Shown here: piece after piece, positions 62,262 to 64,000 of the stretch
Layout: each line of letters begins with the position of its first letter
How positions within the stretch are numbered: the stretch's first letter is position 1
DNA from: Macrostomum lignano
Lineage: Eukaryota
Direction: 5' to 3'
Length of the DNA: 64,000 bases
Assembly (NCBI GenBank): GCA_002269645.1
Contig: NIVC01000368.1
Span: 186,001-250,000, forward strand
The notes under the pieces: generated by a model
The model's database searches: none
Told to the model about the DNA's origin: nothing
What the model saw: the letters and a program-made list of their open reading frames with translations, nothing else
Position numbers and translations under genes: made by a program

Positions 62262-64000
62262 TTTTTGAGAGTGACGGATTTTAAAAGTGTCACTCCTGAT
62301 TTTATTGAGAGTGACGGATTTTAGAAGTGTCACTCCTGATTTTATTGAGAGTGACGGATTTTAGAAGTGTCACTCCTGATTTTATTGAGAGTGACGGATT
62401 TTAGAAGTGTCACTCCTGATTTTATTGAGAGTGACGGATTTTAGAAGTGTCACTCCTGATTTTATTGAGAGTGACGGATTTTAGAAGTGTCACTCCTGAT
62501 TTTATTGAGAGTGACGGATTTTAGAAGTGTCACTCCTGATTTTATTGAGAGTGACGGATTTTAGAAGTGTCACTCCTGATTTTATTGAGAGTGACGGATT
62601 TTAGAAGTGTCACTCCTGATTTTATTGAGAGTGACGGATTTTAGAAGTGTCACTCCTGATTTTATTGAGAGTGACGGATTTTAGAAGTGTCACTCCTGAT
62701 TTTATTGAGAGTGACGGATTTTAGAAGTGTCACTCCTGATTTTATTGAGAGTGACGGATTTTAGAAGTGTCACTCCTGATTTTATTGAGAGTGACGGATT
62801 TTAGAAGTTTCACTCCTGATTTTATTGAGAGTGACGGATTTTAGAAGTGTCACTCCTGATTTTATTGAGAGTGACGGATTTTAGAAGTGTCACTCCTGAT
62901 TTTATTGAGAGTGACGGATTTTAGAAGTGTCACTCCTGATTTTATTGAGAGTGACGGATTTTAGAAGTGTCACTCCTGATTTTATTGAGAGTGACAGGTT
63001 TTAGAAGTGTCACTCCTGATTTTATTGAGAGTGACGGGTTTTAGAATTGTCACTCCTGATTTTATTGAGTGACAGGTTTTAGAAATTGTCACTCCTGATT
63101 TTATTGAGAGTGACGGGTTTTAGAATTGTCACTCCTGATTTTATTGAGTGACGGGTTTTAGAAGTGTCACTCCTGATTTTATTGAGAGTGACGGGTTTTA
63201 GAAGTGTCACTCCTGATTTTATTGAGAGTGACAGGTTTTAGAAGTGTCACTCCTGATTTTATTGAGAGTGACAGGTTTTAGAAGTGTCACTCTTGATTTT
63301 ATTGAGAGTGTCGGGTTTTAGAAATTGTCACTCCTGATTTTATTGAGAGTGACGGATTTTAGAAGTGTCACTCCTGATTTTATTGAGAGTGACAGGTTTT
63401 AGAAGTGTCACTCCTGATTTTATTGAGAGTGACGGATTTTAGAAGTGTCACTCCTGATTTTATTGAGTGACAGGTTTTAGAAGTGTCACTCCTGATTTTT
63501 TTGAGAGTGACGGATTTTAGAAGTGTCACTCCTGATTTTTTTGAGAGTGACGGATTTTAGAAGTGTCACTCCTGATTTTATTGAGTGACAGGTTTTAGAA
63601 GTGTCACTCCTGATTTTATTGAGAGTGACAGGTTTTAGAAGTGTCACTCCTGATTTTATTGAGTGACAGGTTTTAGAAATTGTCACTCCTGATTTTATTG
63701 AGAGTGACGGGTTTTAGAAGTGTCACTCCTGATTTTATTGAGAGTGACAGGTTTTAGAAGTGTCACTCCTGATTTTTTTGAGAGTGACGGATTTTAGAAG
63801 TGTCACTCCTGATTTTATTGAGAGTGACGGATTTTAGAAGTGTCACTCCTGATTTTTTTGAGAGTGACGGATTTTAGAAGTGTCACTCCTGATTTTATTG
63901 AGTGACAGGTTTTAGAAGTGTCACTCCTGATTTTATTGAGAGTGACGGGTTTTAAAGGTGTCACTCCTGATTTTTTTGAGAGTGACGGATTTTAGAAGTG
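62262..64000. repeat. Satellite, 40-bp unit GAGAGTGACGGATTTTAGAAGTGTCACTCCTGATTTTATT (runs off the window)
   Basis: More than 40 copies; each has a GAGTGAC/GTCACTC inverted repeat. Confidence 0.98.

Noticed and set aside
62262-64000. CRISPR-like palindromic repeats
   Set aside because: No unique spacers; pure tandem satellite

Overview
Eukaryotic (animal) genomic DNA. It has GT-AG introns, GC-rich exons in AT-rich spacers, very dense minisatellites and many RFX X-box palindromes. This pattern resembles the flatworm Macrostomum lignano, but that is inference only. Main contents: (1) the 3' part of Ty3/gypsy LTR element A (1-7695), with pol, an extra 3' ORF preceded by an array of short hairpins, a PPT and an LTR; (2) an ankyrin-repeat/STE-type kinase gene; (3) a decayed gypsy pol; (4) a compact two-exon PALB2-like gene on the minus strand; (5) a 5'-truncated Ty3/gypsy element B (about 28265-37750); (6) a ~9.6 kb CACTA/EnSpm DNA transposon with a transposase, a spliced DUF4806-like gene and nested MITEs; (7) exons of unidentified host genes, a tRNA-CORE SINE and about 15 tandem arrays. 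The standout is element B. A herpesvirus gB-like (class III) fusion glycoprotein with signal peptide, furin site and TM anchor sits between gag and protease. It is fused in frame to PR-RT-RNaseH-IN and is separated from gag by a single in-frame TGA. All family assignments come from motif recognition by eye; no database searches were run.
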